Translations under genes and position numbers: made by a program
Shown here: positions 29,284 through 40,220 of the stretch, piece by piece
Layout: each line of letters starts with the position of its first letter
How positions within the stretch are numbered: position 1 is the stretch's first letter
Notes under the pieces: generated by a model
What the model was told of the DNA's origin: nothing
The model's database searches: none
Seen by the model: the letters and a program-made list of their open reading frames with translations, nothing else
Assembly (NCBI GenBank): GCA_016840085.1
Contig: JAEOTA010000020.1
Location: 1-41,993 of the forward strand
Length of the DNA: 41,993 nucleotides
DNA from: Promethearchaeota archaeon
GTDB lineage: Archaea > Asgardarchaeota > Lokiarchaeia > Sigyniarchaeales > SOKP01
Reading direction: 5' to 3'

Positions 29284-29577
29284 ATGATAGTCGTATATCA
29301 ATTCAATGAAGAAATAGGAGAATTTGAAGAAGTTGAAATAGAAGTGAATGTTCCGCTTTTTGAATTATTAGATTCTGATAAAATTTTACTCTTTGCTGAT
29401 GGCCATAATAAAAAGATATGGGTTTGGGAAGGTCAAAATACATCTACGAGAACGAAATTCATTTCGGCACAAGCAGCACCAAAAATTCGTGATAAGCACG
29501 ATGTGACTTTTACTATTACCTCAGTAGATGAAGCTGACGAAACAGTGGCCTTTAAAATAATGTTAGGTTTACCTTAG
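29284..29577 (+). CDS. Single-domain gelsolin-like protein
   Basis: LDSDKILLF...KIWVWEGQNTS.RTKF.SA..A..I...VDE.DE...F matches the gelsolin repeat consensus. Confidence 0.85.
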   Translation: MIVVYQFNEEIGEFEEVEIEVNVPLFELLDSDKILLFADGHNKKIWVWEGQNTSTRTKFISAQAAPKIRDKHDVTFTITSVDEADETVAFKIMLGLP

Positions 29578-29715
29578 CTTTTTTTTATTGATTAATAGAA
29601 ACATTCTTAAAAGTTTTTATTTAATTCTAATAAAAATTTTTAAACTACGTCTACTACATTAATTTATACTTTTTATGGATATCAATTAATATAACTTATT
29701 TAGAGAAGAAAAAAA

Positions 29716-30744
29716 ATGTTTGATAAAGAAAAATGTACTCTCTGTGGAGAGTGTTTAATGAAATGTCATTATTTAGCATATTCAGAAGAGAAAGCTAAAT
29801 TAGAATTTAAAAAGCTAATTGATGGAGAGGATACTCCTGTAACTGCTGATTGTATTACTTGTGCTGCTTGCAATATGTTTTGCCCTGAAGGTGCTAATCC
29901 ATTTGATTTGATTAACGATAGACAGGAAGAAACTGGAACATTCAAAGTAGAAGAACAAACTATTCGGATGTTTAATATGGCTTCAGCATTACCCTCTAGC
30001 GTTATTAAGGGTGATCCTGAAAAACCAGTTATGAATCTTTGCACTGTAGATATACTCCCTGGAGTTATAGAAGGACAGCTTTTTGAGGGAATGACCCTTT
30101 TAAAGGGAGGAGAATATTTTTGCTACCTCGGATGGGTACATGCCGGAAAACCAAGTATGTTAAAGCAAAATGCTCAAAAGTTTGTTGACAATCTTGTTAA
30201 AACTGGCGCTAAGGAAATTATTTTATTTCACGACGATTGTTATGCAATGTTATCTAATAAGGTTAAGGAATTCGGGATAAATGTACCATTTAAATCAATT
30301 CATATAATAGAATATCTACGAGATTATGTAAAGGATCATATCGATGAGATAGAGAAATTAAATATTAAAGTTGCTTATCAGCAACCATGTGCTTCAAGAT
30401 ACCATTTTGATATAGATTCAATTTTAGGTGATCTCTTCGAATTAATAGGGGTTGAGAGAGTTAGCAGAAAATATCAGCGAGAAAATGCTCTTTGTTGTGG
30501 AGGAGTCCAGAGATCAATGATTAATGTATCTAAAGAAGAATCGGAAAATTGGCGTATGAAGAATTTATTAGATGCAAAAGAGTCAGGAGCTGAGGCAATG
30601 GTCTTTTTGTGCCCAATATGTGTTTTAAGCTTAAGAAGCAGAGCAAAAGCTCAAGGATTAGAACCATATATTATTAGTAATCTTGTTCGTTTAGCATTAG
30701 GAGAGGAACTTACTAATGGTGGTGCAGGCAAGATTTTTAATTAA
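29716..30744 (+). CDS. Fe-S oxidoreductase, HdrD/GlpC-like (4Fe-4S dicluster plus CCG domains)
   Basis: CTLCGECLMKC, CITCAACNMFCP, YQQPC, LCCGG and CPIC. Confidence 0.88.
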   Translation: MFDKEKCTLCGECLMKCHYLAYSEEKAKLEFKKLIDGEDTPVTADCITCAACNMFCPEGANPFDLINDRQEETGTFKVEEQTIRMFNMASALPSSVIKGDPEKPVMNLCTVDILPGVIEGQLFEGMTLLKGGEYFCYLGWVHAGKPSMLKQNAQKFVDNLVKTGAKEIILFHDDCYAMLSNKVKEFGINVPFKSIHIIEYLRDYVKDHIDEIEKLNIKVAYQQPCASRYHFDIDSILGDLFELIGVERVSRKYQRENALCCGGVQRSMINVSKEESENWRMKNLLDAKESGAEAMVFLCPICVLSLRSRAKAQGLEPYIISNLVRLALGEELTNGGAGKIFN

Positions 30745-30835
30745 TTTTTTTTAAATTAAAATAAGATGGTTTTAATTTTAAAATCTAGGGATATTAGAAG
30801 TAGAAAAGAAGCTTTATAAGGAGAAATTAAAATCT

Positions 30836-32971
30836 GTGGCTGAAAAAAAAGGGATAATTGAAGAAGATTATGTCTTCGAGTTTTATGAGGAAGATTATGC
30901 AGAATCACTAGAAGAAGAAATCCCTCAAGTTGTAGAAGAATATAATGAAATCCACTTTGAGGAAAATTTAAACGACGAGCAACTTGAAATTGTAAGTAAT
31001 TTGAAAGGTCCAATGTTAGTCATTGCGGGAGCAGGTTCAGGGAAAACACGAACTATAGTTTATGCTGTTGCTAAGTTATTGCTTAAAGGAGTAAAACCAA
31101 ATCAGATTATGCTTGTAACATTTACAAATAAAGCTGCAAATGAGATGATCAAGCGTGTTGAAATTCTTCTCGGTAAACGGCCGAAAGGAATCTGGGCAGG
31201 AACTTTTCACTCAATTGCTAATCGATTTATAAGAAAATACGCTAAAATATTGGGTTTAAAACCAAACTATATTATAATGGATGAGACGGATGCAAAAGCG
31301 TTGATGAGACTTTCAATTGAGAAAGCTGATGTAAAGGATCTTGATGAACGATTCCCTACTTCTAGAATGGCAAAAGATATCTTATCGTTCTCTATTAATT
31401 GTAATAAAACAATTCGAGATGTGATATTATGGAAATACTCTCAGTTCGATAGCGAGAAGATCATAAAAAAGTTAGAACAAGTATTTAAAATTTACAAAGC
31501 CAAGAAAGCTCAAGATAATCTGGTAGACTTTGATGATCTATTGATATATTGGAACCAACTACTAGAAGAAAGATCTATTGCTCAATTAATCGCAAGGAAC
31601 ATTAAATATGTTCTTGTTGATGAATATCAGGATACAAATCATATTCAAGATGAAATCATATATAAAATAGTGAAACAGAATCCAAGCCGCAATGTCATGG
31701 CAGTTGGTGACGATGCTCAAAGTATATATGCTTTCAGAGGAGCTAATTTTCAAAATATCTTAGATTTTGAAAAAAAATTTAAAAATTGTAAAAGATATTC
31801 TATAACCTATAACTATAGAAGTGTTCCTCAGATTTTAGATTTAGCTAATGATTCAATTAAGCATAATGAAAGACAATTTAAAAAATCTATGCGAACAACG
31901 CGTAGTAGTGGAATTCTACCATTCCAAGTAAATGTTGGAGATGAAATAGAACAAGCTCGTTTTATAACAAATCAAATATTAAAATTACGTTCTAATGGAA
32001 TTGATTTAAATGAAATAGCTATTTTGGTGAGAGCCGCATCTCATTCATTAAGAGTTGAACTTGAATTAAGGGCAAAAAATATACCCTATGAAGTTAGAGC
32101 AGGCGTAGCATTTTTCGAAAGAGCTCACATAAAAGATATAATCGCTCATTTACGTATAATTGAGAATCCATATGATGAAGTATCATGGTCTCGAATTTTT
32201 TCAATAATTCAAGGCATAGGATCTTCATCGGGTATTAAAATTTTTGAAGCAGTTTCGAAGATAGAACATCCTCTTGATGCTTTGATAAATAAGATGTTCT
32301 ATGCTGAAAAATTAAAAGGATCTCGCATATCTAAAGAAGGTATACGAAATACAATTTCTTACATAAAAAATCTAGTGGATTTCACTGCAGAAGATAATCC
32401 ATCAGAAGTAATAAAAAATTTAATTTCTGTGCTTGAAGATCATTTGAAATCCAGATTTGATAATTGGCAAGAACGCATAGAGGATTTAAACCAACTAAGT
32501 ATATATGCACAAAATTTTCCAACTATTCGTAAATTTCTAGAAAACTTAAGCTTAAACTTATCCTACTTAGAATCTAAGACAGTTCATTTAGGGGATCAAA
32601 CAGAAGAAGAAGCTCCATTAATTCTGTCTACTATACATAGAGCAAAGGGTCTTGAATGGCGCGTAGTTTTTATTCCAATGTTATGTGAAGATTCCTTTCC
32701 ATCCAGTAGAAGTATAGGCAATCCTGATACGTTTGAAGAAGAACGGAGAGTATTTTATGTTGCTATAACTAGAGCTAAGGATCAATTATACTTTATATCT
32801 CCTTCTATTAAACATACCTACCGCGGTCCTCAAATAATAAGAATATCTCAATTTATATCAGAGTTAGCCCCTAAAGTGTATCGGAAATCCTCAGTCAAAT
32901 TAATATCCAAAAAAGGGAAGAAGAAAGATATAAAAAAAGATTTATTTAAATCTGCTTTAGATCTTTTATAA
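30836..32971 (+). CDS. uvrD: UvrD/PcrA-like SF1 DNA helicase
   Basis: IAGAGSGKT, TFTNKAA, TFHS, DEYQD, GDDAQSIYAFRGA, NYRS, STIHRAKGLEW and EERRVFYVAITRA; acidic N-terminal extension. Confidence 0.95.
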   Translation: MAEKKGIIEEDYVFEFYEEDYAESLEEEIPQVVEEYNEIHFEENLNDEQLEIVSNLKGPMLVIAGAGSGKTRTIVYAVAKLLLKGVKPNQIMLVTFTNKAANEMIKRVEILLGKRPKGIWAGTFHSIANRFIRKYAKILGLKPNYIIMDETDAKALMRLSIEKADVKDLDERFPTSRMAKDILSFSINCNKTIRDVILWKYSQFDSEKIIKKLEQVFKIYKAKKAQDNLVDFDDLLIYWNQLLEERSIAQLIARNIKYVLVDEYQDTNHIQDEIIYKIVKQNPSRNVMAVGDDAQSIYAFRGANFQNILDFEKKFKNCKRYSITYNYRSVPQILDLANDSIKHNERQFKKSMRTTRSSGILPFQVNVGDEIEQARFITNQILKLRSNGIDLNEIAILVRAASHSLRVELELRAKNIPYEVRAGVAFFERAHIKDIIAHLRIIENPYDEVSWSRIFSIIQGIGSSSGIKIFEAVSKIEHPLDALINKMFYAEKLKGSRISKEGIRNTISYIKNLVDFTAEDNPSEVIKNLISVLEDHLKSRFDNWQERIEDLNQLSIYAQNFPTIRKFLENLSLNLSYLESKTVHLGDQTEEEAPLILSTIHRAKGLEWRVVFIPMLCEDSFPSSRSIGNPDTFEEERRVFYVAITRAKDQLYFISPSIKHTYRGPQIIRISQFISELAPKVYRKSSVKLISKKGKKKDIKKDLFKSALDLL

Positions 32972-33295
32972 AATAATATAAAGAAATTTAAAACCATCTT
33001 TAAGTTCATTTTTTTAATTTAATTTGTCATTATTAATAGACTGATATTTCAATTCTTGATTTTATTAAACAAAATAATGAAATATTATCTATTGGCAAAA
33101 ATCCTTAACAAAAAAGCTAAATAAAAAAAAATCCACTAAATTTGTTAAGTCTTTAAACTTTATATTTTAAGACAAATAATAATTTAAAAAGCAATTTAAT
33201 AATTCTAACTCTGGATTAATACAATTTTTTATTTATTTAAAATGAATAAGAGGATTATTAATAATAAAGATAATTTTTAAAACTATTAATTAAAG

Positions 33296-34426
33296 ATGAA
33301 CTTTGAAAAAAGAAAGAATCCATTGAGAGAATGCGTAGAATTCATAGAAAATTGCAAATTGGGATATCCTAAAGAGGATGATCCATACTCATCCAGTACG
33401 GAAGAAGAAACATTTGAAATACAGGAAGATAAAATTTTTGAAATTCCGCAATGTAAAGATGTACGGAATATAGGATTCGTTGATGGAGGAAATGGACCTA
33501 TACTGAGAAGTGCAGATTTCAATATAAGTTTAAATCGTGTTGCAGGAGTATTATTTACCTCAAATGAATGGACTAGACCAAAAAAAACTCCTATTAAAAT
33601 AGAATTTTATAGTGCAACGGTCTTAGACCTCCTTGAGGATAATAATCTTGGTTATATTACACGCTTTTTTCCAATTGAACCAGAATTTTCCAAGTATCTT
33701 CCTCAAGATGTATTAAAATTTCCTATAAATGATCCTTCTATAAGAGAAAGGGGATTCAGTTTACCAAATATAGATGTCTTCGGTGGTGTAGCAATGAGGT
33801 TTGCAGAATGGACTTATGCAACAAAATTTGTGTTAAATGAGTTAGATGAAGGTAGTATTTTTGTAAGAGATGGCTCACTTCAAACTAGCTACACTGGAGA
33901 AACAGAGAGAGCTGAAGATTTATATCATAATGCAATTAAAAAAGGAGTTGTTGTAACTGGACTTTCAAAAACTTGTCGATTATTTACTCAAAATGGAAAT
34001 TCATTAAATTCATTAATAAATTATATATGTAATAAAAAATTTCCAGATAACTCATGGTATTATCATCCTATATATAAGATTACAAAGGCTCAAGAAAAAG
34101 CAGACTTATATTTTGTGAAATTACATAAAAATTCACTTTACTCCTTTAGATTTGATATTCTTTTAGATCAAGCAAAAAAGATGTCTGAAGACCAATGCGA
34201 AATTGTTATTTCTAACCTTGCTAATAACTCTGATGATTTATCTTATCCAGGATACCCATATGGTCTAATTAAGGCAGATCAACTTGCTGCAGTCACCTTT
34301 AAAGAATTAGAACCTCAAAAAATTCAGTTAATTGCAGAACTCAATCAAGATAATTATATTAATTTTATTTTACCCCGTTTACGTTCAGTGAACGCGCATG
34401 ATTTATTAAATATTATAAGAAAATAG
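33296..34426 (+). CDS. nurA: NurA 5'-3' nuclease
   Basis: GFVDGG, RDGSL, GLSK, FVKLH and GYPYGL..AD..A; first gene of the herA-mre11-rad50 cluster. Confidence 0.88.
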   Translation: MNFEKRKNPLRECVEFIENCKLGYPKEDDPYSSSTEEETFEIQEDKIFEIPQCKDVRNIGFVDGGNGPILRSADFNISLNRVAGVLFTSNEWTRPKKTPIKIEFYSATVLDLLEDNNLGYITRFFPIEPEFSKYLPQDVLKFPINDPSIRERGFSLPNIDVFGGVAMRFAEWTYATKFVLNELDEGSIFVRDGSLQTSYTGETERAEDLYHNAIKKGVVVTGLSKTCRLFTQNGNSLNSLINYICNKKFPDNSWYYHPIYKITKAQEKADLYFVKLHKNSLYSFRFDILLDQAKKMSEDQCEIVISNLANNSDDLSYPGYPYGLIKADQLAAVTFKELEPQKIQLIAELNQDNYINFILPRLRSVNAHDLLNIIRK

Positions 34427-34443
34427 TTTTTAAGTGATAGATA

Positions 34444-36021
34444 ATGGTAGAGTTAGGAAGGAAAATTGGAAGTTTTGTTACTGGCACTTCTTTAGTTAAA
34501 TTAACATTAAGGCAAAAATCAGATCAAGAATTCGAACTAGGACAGCTTTTTATTGCAGGTAAAGATAGAAATGAATATTCAATTTACCAAATTAAGGATT
34601 TATTTTATGGGAGTCAAATTCCCGATAATGTTCTTGAATTAATGGCGGGGTATGGACTAGAAAGAGAAATGGCTGATTTAAAAATATATGAACCTGAATT
34701 ACGAAATTATATATTAGCTCGGGCTAGACCTTTAATATTTGTTAAAGATAATAAATTGTATTTACCAAAAAAATTACCAACGTTCTTCTCAGATACATAC
34801 AATATTGAAGATACACATTTAGAGTTTTTTAAAGAAGAAAAGATTGAAAATCCCTTAAATTTAGGCAAAATTCGTTCTGGCTCAAAAATTTTAAAAACAG
34901 AAGTAAAACTTGAAGCAACAGATGTTTTAAAGCATCACATTCTAATCCCAGCAACCACTGGTAGAGGTAAATCGAATTTAGTAAAAACTATTCTGTATAA
35001 TTTAATGAAAAATGATAATTGTGGTAAACTTGTATTTGATCCTCATAATGAGTATATTGGAACTGGCGCACAGAAAGGATTGAAGGAACATCCAGAAAGC
35101 TCAAAATTTATTGAGTACTATACTATACGATCAATTCCTGGAAAGCTTGATTTAAGGTTTAATGTAAATTTAATAGAACCTATTCATGTAATGGGCAGTC
35201 TTAACTTTACACAACCTCAAATAGAAGCTTTAATAGGTTTTTATCGTTTACATAGAAAAAATTGGATTCAAGCGATTTTTAGTGAAGATACAACTTTGTA
35301 TCCAAGACCTCAAGGACTTCATGGAGGTACTTTAGATGTCATAAGAAGACGGTTATCAATTCTTTTAAGTTTTGGGTTTGATGAATTTAATAACATTATA
35401 GAGAATGGTATTTATACCTTAAATGGATATGAATCAACAATAAGTAATATAGTAAACTCATTAATAAAAGGGAAAACAGTTATTGTTGATACTTCTTTAT
35501 TTGAAGGATCTCGAGAAATTTTTGTTGCTACTATTATCGTTGAAAATATATTTAATGAATATAAAAGATTAAAGTTCAAAGATCAGTTAAAAGATAAGCC
35601 GGTCATAACGATTGTCTTAGAAGAAGCTCCAAGAGTAATAGGAAAAAAAGTATTAGAAACAAGAGATAATGTTTTTGGAAAAATCGCCAGAGAAGGTAGG
35701 AAATTTAATATTGGGTTAATTGGAATAACTCAATTACCAAGTTTAATAGATAGAGAAATTTTAGCGAATATGAACACAAAGATAATCCTTGGAAATGAAA
35801 TGGGACCTGAAAGACGAACTTTAATAGAAAGTTCTGCTCAAGATCTCTCCGATGATAGTCAAACAATAGCAAGTTTAGATATTGGTGAAGCGATTATTAC
35901 TTCAAATTTTACCAAATTTGCAATTCCAATTAAGATCCCATTATTTGAGGATTTATTAAAAAGTAAGCCAGATGAGATTAGATCTGATAAAAAAATAAAA
36001 AAAGTATCTCCCGGTTTTTAA
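34444..36021 (+). CDS. herA: HerA DNA translocase/helicase
   Basis: HAS-barrel-like N-terminus, Walker [15 protein letters not shown], Walker [13 protein letters not shown] and TQLPS. Confidence 0.93.
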   Translation: MVELGRKIGSFVTGTSLVKLTLRQKSDQEFELGQLFIAGKDRNEYSIYQIKDLFYGSQIPDNVLELMAGYGLEREMADLKIYEPELRNYILARARPLIFVKDNKLYLPKKLPTFFSDTYNIEDTHLEFFKEEKIENPLNLGKIRSGSKILKTEVKLEATDVLKHHILIPATTGRGKSNLVKTILYNLMKNDNCGKLVFDPHNEYIGTGAQKGLKEHPESSKFIEYYTIRSIPGKLDLRFNVNLIEPIHVMGSLNFTQPQIEALIGFYRLHRKNWIQAIFSEDTTLYPRPQGLHGGTLDVIRRRLSILLSFGFDEFNNIIENGIYTLNGYESTISNIVNSLIKGKTVIVDTSLFEGSREIFVATIIVENIFNEYKRLKFKDQLKDKPVITIVLEEAPRVIGKKVLETRDNVFGKIAREGRKFNIGLIGITQLPSLIDREILANMNTKIILGNEMGPERRTLIESSAQDLSDDSQTIASLDIGEAIITSNFTKFAIPIKIPLFEDLLKSKPDEIRSDKKIKKVSPGF

Positions 36022-36048
36022 AGAATCAAACAATAGAAAGAGAAAAAA

Positions 36049-37347
36049 ATGAAAATTAAATTTGCTCATATATCCGACGCTCATTTAGGTGCTTGGAGAA
36101 ATGAGCGGATAAATGAGTTAGGGTTTAAAGCCTTTGAAAAAACTATAGAGACTATTATTAATGAGGATGTAGATTTTGTCATTATAAGTGGTGACTTATA
36201 TGATGTTAGCAATCCAAGGGTAGAAGTAATAGACTTAGCAACAAAAGAGCTAAAAAAATTGAATGATCATCAAATCCCTGTATATGGAATAATGGGTTCT
36301 CATGATTTTTCTCCCTCAAATAAATCGATGATTAGACCTTTAATTACAGCTGGATTGTTTATAGATGTTTCAAGCGGAGATATTACAGAAAATGGAAAGT
36401 TAAAGTTAAATTTTTCTCAAGACCAAAAAACAAAAATTATGTTGACTGGTTTACGAGCACGAAAACGTAGTCTCGAGATTGAAGATTATAAAATTTTAGA
36501 CATAAATTCTCTGGAAATTGAAAAAGGACCAAAAATCTTCATATTACATACTATGTTAAATGAATTGAAACCTAAAGAGTATAAAGATATGGAATCTGCT
36601 CCTAAATCTTTATTACCTCAAGATTTTGATTATTACGCTGGGGGTCATCTTCATAAAACCCTTCCAGAAAAGTTGAGGGATAATGGTACTACTATGGAAG
36701 TTAGTAAGAAAAATAATATAATTTATCCTGGATGCGTATTTCCAACAGATTTCAGAGAACTTGAAAGAATTAAGTATGGTGGGTTTTGTATAGCATCTGG
36801 TGAAAATAATGGTGAAAAATTAGATTTAAAAATTAAATACAATCCAATCAAAGTAATCGAGGTAGAAAATATTAGTTTGGATTGTACTAATAAGTCTGTG
36901 TTTGAGGTTAGTGATAAACTAAAACATGAATTGTCTCAAAAAGATTTTAATGATAAAATCGTAACTATTAGAATTTTTGGACCTTTATCCTCAGGAAAAA
37001 CATACGAAATAAAATCTAATGAAATTATTCAATTGTTTAAAGATAAAGGAGCTTATGAAGTCTTAGTTAATAAAAGTGCTCTTACAACAGCAGAATATCA
37101 ATCTATTAGTGTTGTATCAGGAGAATCTAATGAAGAAATTGAAACTGCTTTAATAAAAGAACATGCAAGTAAAATAAAAATTGGAAAATATCACGTGGGT
37201 GGAGTGGAAAAAAAGATCCATCAAATATTGAACATACTTGGAACAGAGAGGCAAATAGGAACAAAAGTCATAAATTATAATCAATCTCTAAAACAATCAT
37301 TTTTAAATATATTTGAAATCGATGAACCTCAGGAGCATAAAAAATGA
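36049..37347 (+). CDS. mre11: Mre11 nuclease
   Basis: HISDAHLG, SGDLYD, GSHD, GHLH and YPG phosphoesterase motifs; ATGA overlap with rad50. Confidence 0.93.
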   Translation: MKIKFAHISDAHLGAWRNERINELGFKAFEKTIETIINEDVDFVIISGDLYDVSNPRVEVIDLATKELKKLNDHQIPVYGIMGSHDFSPSNKSMIRPLITAGLFIDVSSGDITENGKLKLNFSQDQKTKIMLTGLRARKRSLEIEDYKILDINSLEIEKGPKIFILHTMLNELKPKEYKDMESAPKSLLPQDFDYYAGGHLHKTLPEKLRDNGTTMEVSKKNNIIYPGCVFPTDFRELERIKYGGFCIASGENNGEKLDLKIKYNPIKVIEVENISLDCTNKSVFEVSDKLKHELSQKDFNDKIVTIRIFGPLSSGKTYEIKSNEIIQLFKDKGAYEVLVNKSALTTAEYQSISVVSGESNEEIETALIKEHASKIKIGKYHVGGVEKKIHQILNILGTERQIGTKVINYNQSLKQSFLNIFEIDEPQEHKK

Positions 37348-39428
37348 TTTTAAAATCTATTGAAATAACTAATGTCAGAAGCATTAGTTGGGAAAAAATT
37401 GATTTTCCTTCATCGACAATGTTATTTTTTGGGGATATTGGGAGTGGAAAATCATCAGTATTAAAATCTATAGAATTTGCATTATTTGGGACATTAACTC
37501 ACGGAGACTTAAGGGGAGATTCTCTTTTAAGAAGGGGTAAAAAATCTGCTTCAGTTGAATTAATGTTTTCTATCAATGGTAATGATTATTCAGTTAAACG
37601 CAGCTTATCGAAGGATAAAAAAGGAAGGGTCTTACAAGAAGAATGCACTTTTATCGATCATAATAAAGGAACTAATATTACTTATGCTCCTACAGATATG
37701 AGAAGAAAAATATTATCTTTACTTTCTTATTCTCTTTCTCGATATGAAAAAGCAAGTAAATTACCTTTATTCAGATACACCGTGTATACTCCACAAGAAC
37801 AATTAAAAGAAATCATTCAAGCTGATCCAAACGAACGATTCGAGATATTAAAGGAAGTTTTTGGGATTGAAAAATATGAAATTGCTCTTAAAAATGTGGA
37901 AATTATTAAAGATTTTTTAAATGACAAAATAAAAGAATTGAAAATAAAAATTGACCAAATTGGCGAACCAGAAGAAGAGATTCTTCAAAAAGAGAAGGAA
38001 ATTAAAGAGGTAAAAAAGATAGTCCATAAGATTGAATCTGAACTTACTTTAAAAGACAACGATATAATATCTCAGGAAAAAATTGTGAATAAAATTCAAG
38101 AGGAGTTAGAAGGATATACTAAAAAATTGATGAAAGTTGAAAATAATGAATCCAATATAAGTGATTATAAGGCAAGACAAAAAAAGACCAATTTAATATT
38201 AAGTAAAATTCGAAAAGAAATCTCTGAAAAAGAAAATGAGATAAAGAATGTAAAAGAATTTAAGTTAAAGACCGAACTTAGTGAAGATGAGTTAGAAAAG
38301 CAATTAGAAAATTTTCAAAATCTAAAATCTCAAAAAGAAAAAGAGCTAGCTCTCATTAAAAAGAAGTTAACTGATGTAGACATATTATTAAAAGAAGGTA
38401 AATGTTCTTTATGTGGACAATCTATACATGAGAAAGATAGATTTGAACAAGAATTCCATGATGCTTCTTTAAATTTGGAAAAAATATCAAATAAAGTTAA
38501 AGAGTTAACTCAAAAAATAAATGATCACAAAAAATCACTCAAAAATATATGTGAATTTCAAAAAAATAAAGATAAAAAAGAATTTTTACAAAATATAATC
38601 TCTGAAAAACAGAAAAGAGAAGCAGATTTAGTTTCTCTTGTAAACGATTTATTCGTTAGAATTGATGAATATCAAAAGGATATAATTGCTATTTTATCAG
38701 AATATGGAACTACTAACCTGCATAAATTTAAAGATTCAGGGAAGGATATAATCAACAAACTAAACTTTGAAAAAGAAAGGTTAAATCAACTGAAATCAGA
38801 CAAAGAATTAACTGGAAATGAACTAAGCGCCCAAAAGAAAAGTATTGAATTTTTAAATGAAGACTTACTGAAATTAAAATCTAACATCCAAAATAAAAAA
38901 ATACTTCAAGATAATCTCATCTATTACTCGCAATTAAAGAATTGGGTAAGTGACCATTTTCCTATCCTTATAAGAGATATTGAAAAAAAGATAATCTCTT
39001 CCAGTGCTTATCACTTTAATTCTTATTTTAAAGAATGGTTTCATGAATTAGTGGAAGATAAAAATATCGAAGTTGAAATTAAGACAGATGACTTTCAACC
39101 AATTGTCTATGTTAATGGTTATGAATCACCTTTTAGAGATTTGTCAGGAGGAGAAAAAAGTGGACTTTCATTAGCTTATCGATTAGCTTTAAATAAAATT
39201 ATAAATGAGAGATACCAAGAAGTAAAAACAAAAGATCTCTTGATACTAGATGAACCTACTGATGGATTCAGCCAACAACAAATTAATCGCATGCAATCTA
39301 TTTTTGAAAAATTAAATACTTCTCAAATGATAATCATTTCTCATGAGAGAAATCTAGATTCTTTTGTTACTGATATTTTCCATTTTGAAAAGGAGAACCA
39401 CGTGACTAAAGTTAGAAAAGAAAGTTAA
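37344..39428 (+). CDS. rad50: Rad50 ATPase
   Basis: Walker A GDIGSGKSS, Q-loop, coiled coil with central CSLC zinc hook, LSGGE, LDEPT and ISHE. Confidence 0.95.
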   Translation: MILKSIEITNVRSISWEKIDFPSSTMLFFGDIGSGKSSVLKSIEFALFGTLTHGDLRGDSLLRRGKKSASVELMFSINGNDYSVKRSLSKDKKGRVLQEECTFIDHNKGTNITYAPTDMRRKILSLLSYSLSRYEKASKLPLFRYTVYTPQEQLKEIIQADPNERFEILKEVFGIEKYEIALKNVEIIKDFLNDKIKELKIKIDQIGEPEEEILQKEKEIKEVKKIVHKIESELTLKDNDIISQEKIVNKIQEELEGYTKKLMKVENNESNISDYKARQKKTNLILSKIRKEISEKENEIKNVKEFKLKTELSEDELEKQLENFQNLKSQKEKELALIKKKLTDVDILLKEGKCSLCGQSIHEKDRFEQEFHDASLNLEKISNKVKELTQKINDHKKSLKNICEFQKNKDKKEFLQNIISEKQKREADLVSLVNDLFVRIDEYQKDIIAILSEYGTTNLHKFKDSGKDIINKLNFEKERLNQLKSDKELTGNELSAQKKSIEFLNEDLLKLKSNIQNKKILQDNLIYYSQLKNWVSDHFPILIRDIEKKIISSSAYHFNSYFKEWFHELVEDKNIEVEIKTDDFQPIVYVNGYESPFRDLSGGEKSGLSLAYRLALNKIINERYQEVKTKDLLILDEPTDGFSQQQINRMQSIFEKLNTSQMIIISHERNLDSFVTDIFHFEKENHVTKVRKES

Positions 39429-39607
39429 AACAGGTTCTAAAAAAAATGTAAACTATAAGTAAAGATATCTTTCACTTTTTAATTATTATAATAAATTTGT
39501 TCAATATTAATTGGTTAATATTCTGATTTCTACTTTTTTCCTTTTGAAATTTATAAATTTATCTTAGAGAATTATAAAAATAAAAAAAAATTGTTAAGAA
39601 AGAGAGA

Positions 39608-39802
39608 TTATAAATCTCGTGCCTTTACAGTCTTTCGATTATTTGCTTTTGCTCGATTTATAGCCTTATCAAGAATTCCCATAATTATACCATTAAAGGT
39701 ATCTCCATCAAGGATACCACTACTGGTATTACATTCTTTTCCTTTAATATATTCTCTTACCTTTGATTTCACAAACAAGGGTTCCGTGGCTTTTTTTGCC
39801 AT
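39608..39802 (-). CDS. Short histone-fold protein (alpha3/face-to-face or Bd0055-like type)
   Basis: LFVKSKVREYIK...ILDKAINRAKANNRKTVKARDL shows the RKTV..RD L2 motif and ends immediately after it (truncated alpha3). Confidence 0.85.
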   Translation of the reverse strand: MAKKATEPLFVKSKVREYIKGKECNTSSGILDGDTFNGIIMGILDKAINRAKANNRKTVKARDL

Positions 39803-40220
39803 TTTTGATCTTCCTCTTTTTAAATTTTTTCAAGATTTTATTAAATTTCGGGTTTAAAATTAAGTTAAATTAATTTTAGTTAAGTATTAATTTTTCAACT
39901 GTATTATTAAATCTTTGTAATTTTATCATAACTTGTTTAATTTCCCTTTTTTCTTCAGAATTATTGGATAATTTTTGAGTATTGAAAATATTAAAATAAT
40001 TGTCAAAAGGATGAAAAAATCCAAGTTTGGATATTTATAATAAAAGTTTATTTGTTCATAACTCAAACAGTGAAACTTACTTAAAAAATCATAAAAAATT
40101 TACTTAAGTATTATTTAAGATATCAATTATTTAAAATATTATAAAATGAAAGAGTATAATAATAAAAAAAAAGTAAGATTGTTGTTATTTTGTTTTAGCG
40201 AAGAAAAAATGTTCCTCTAT

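Noticed and set aside
32972-33295. Long AT-rich intergenic regions (also 39803..40220 and 40500..40849) as possible ncRNA, origin or CRISPR
   Set aside because: I saw no GC-rich stems, tRNA cloverleaf, ORB-like repeats or regularly spaced repeats.
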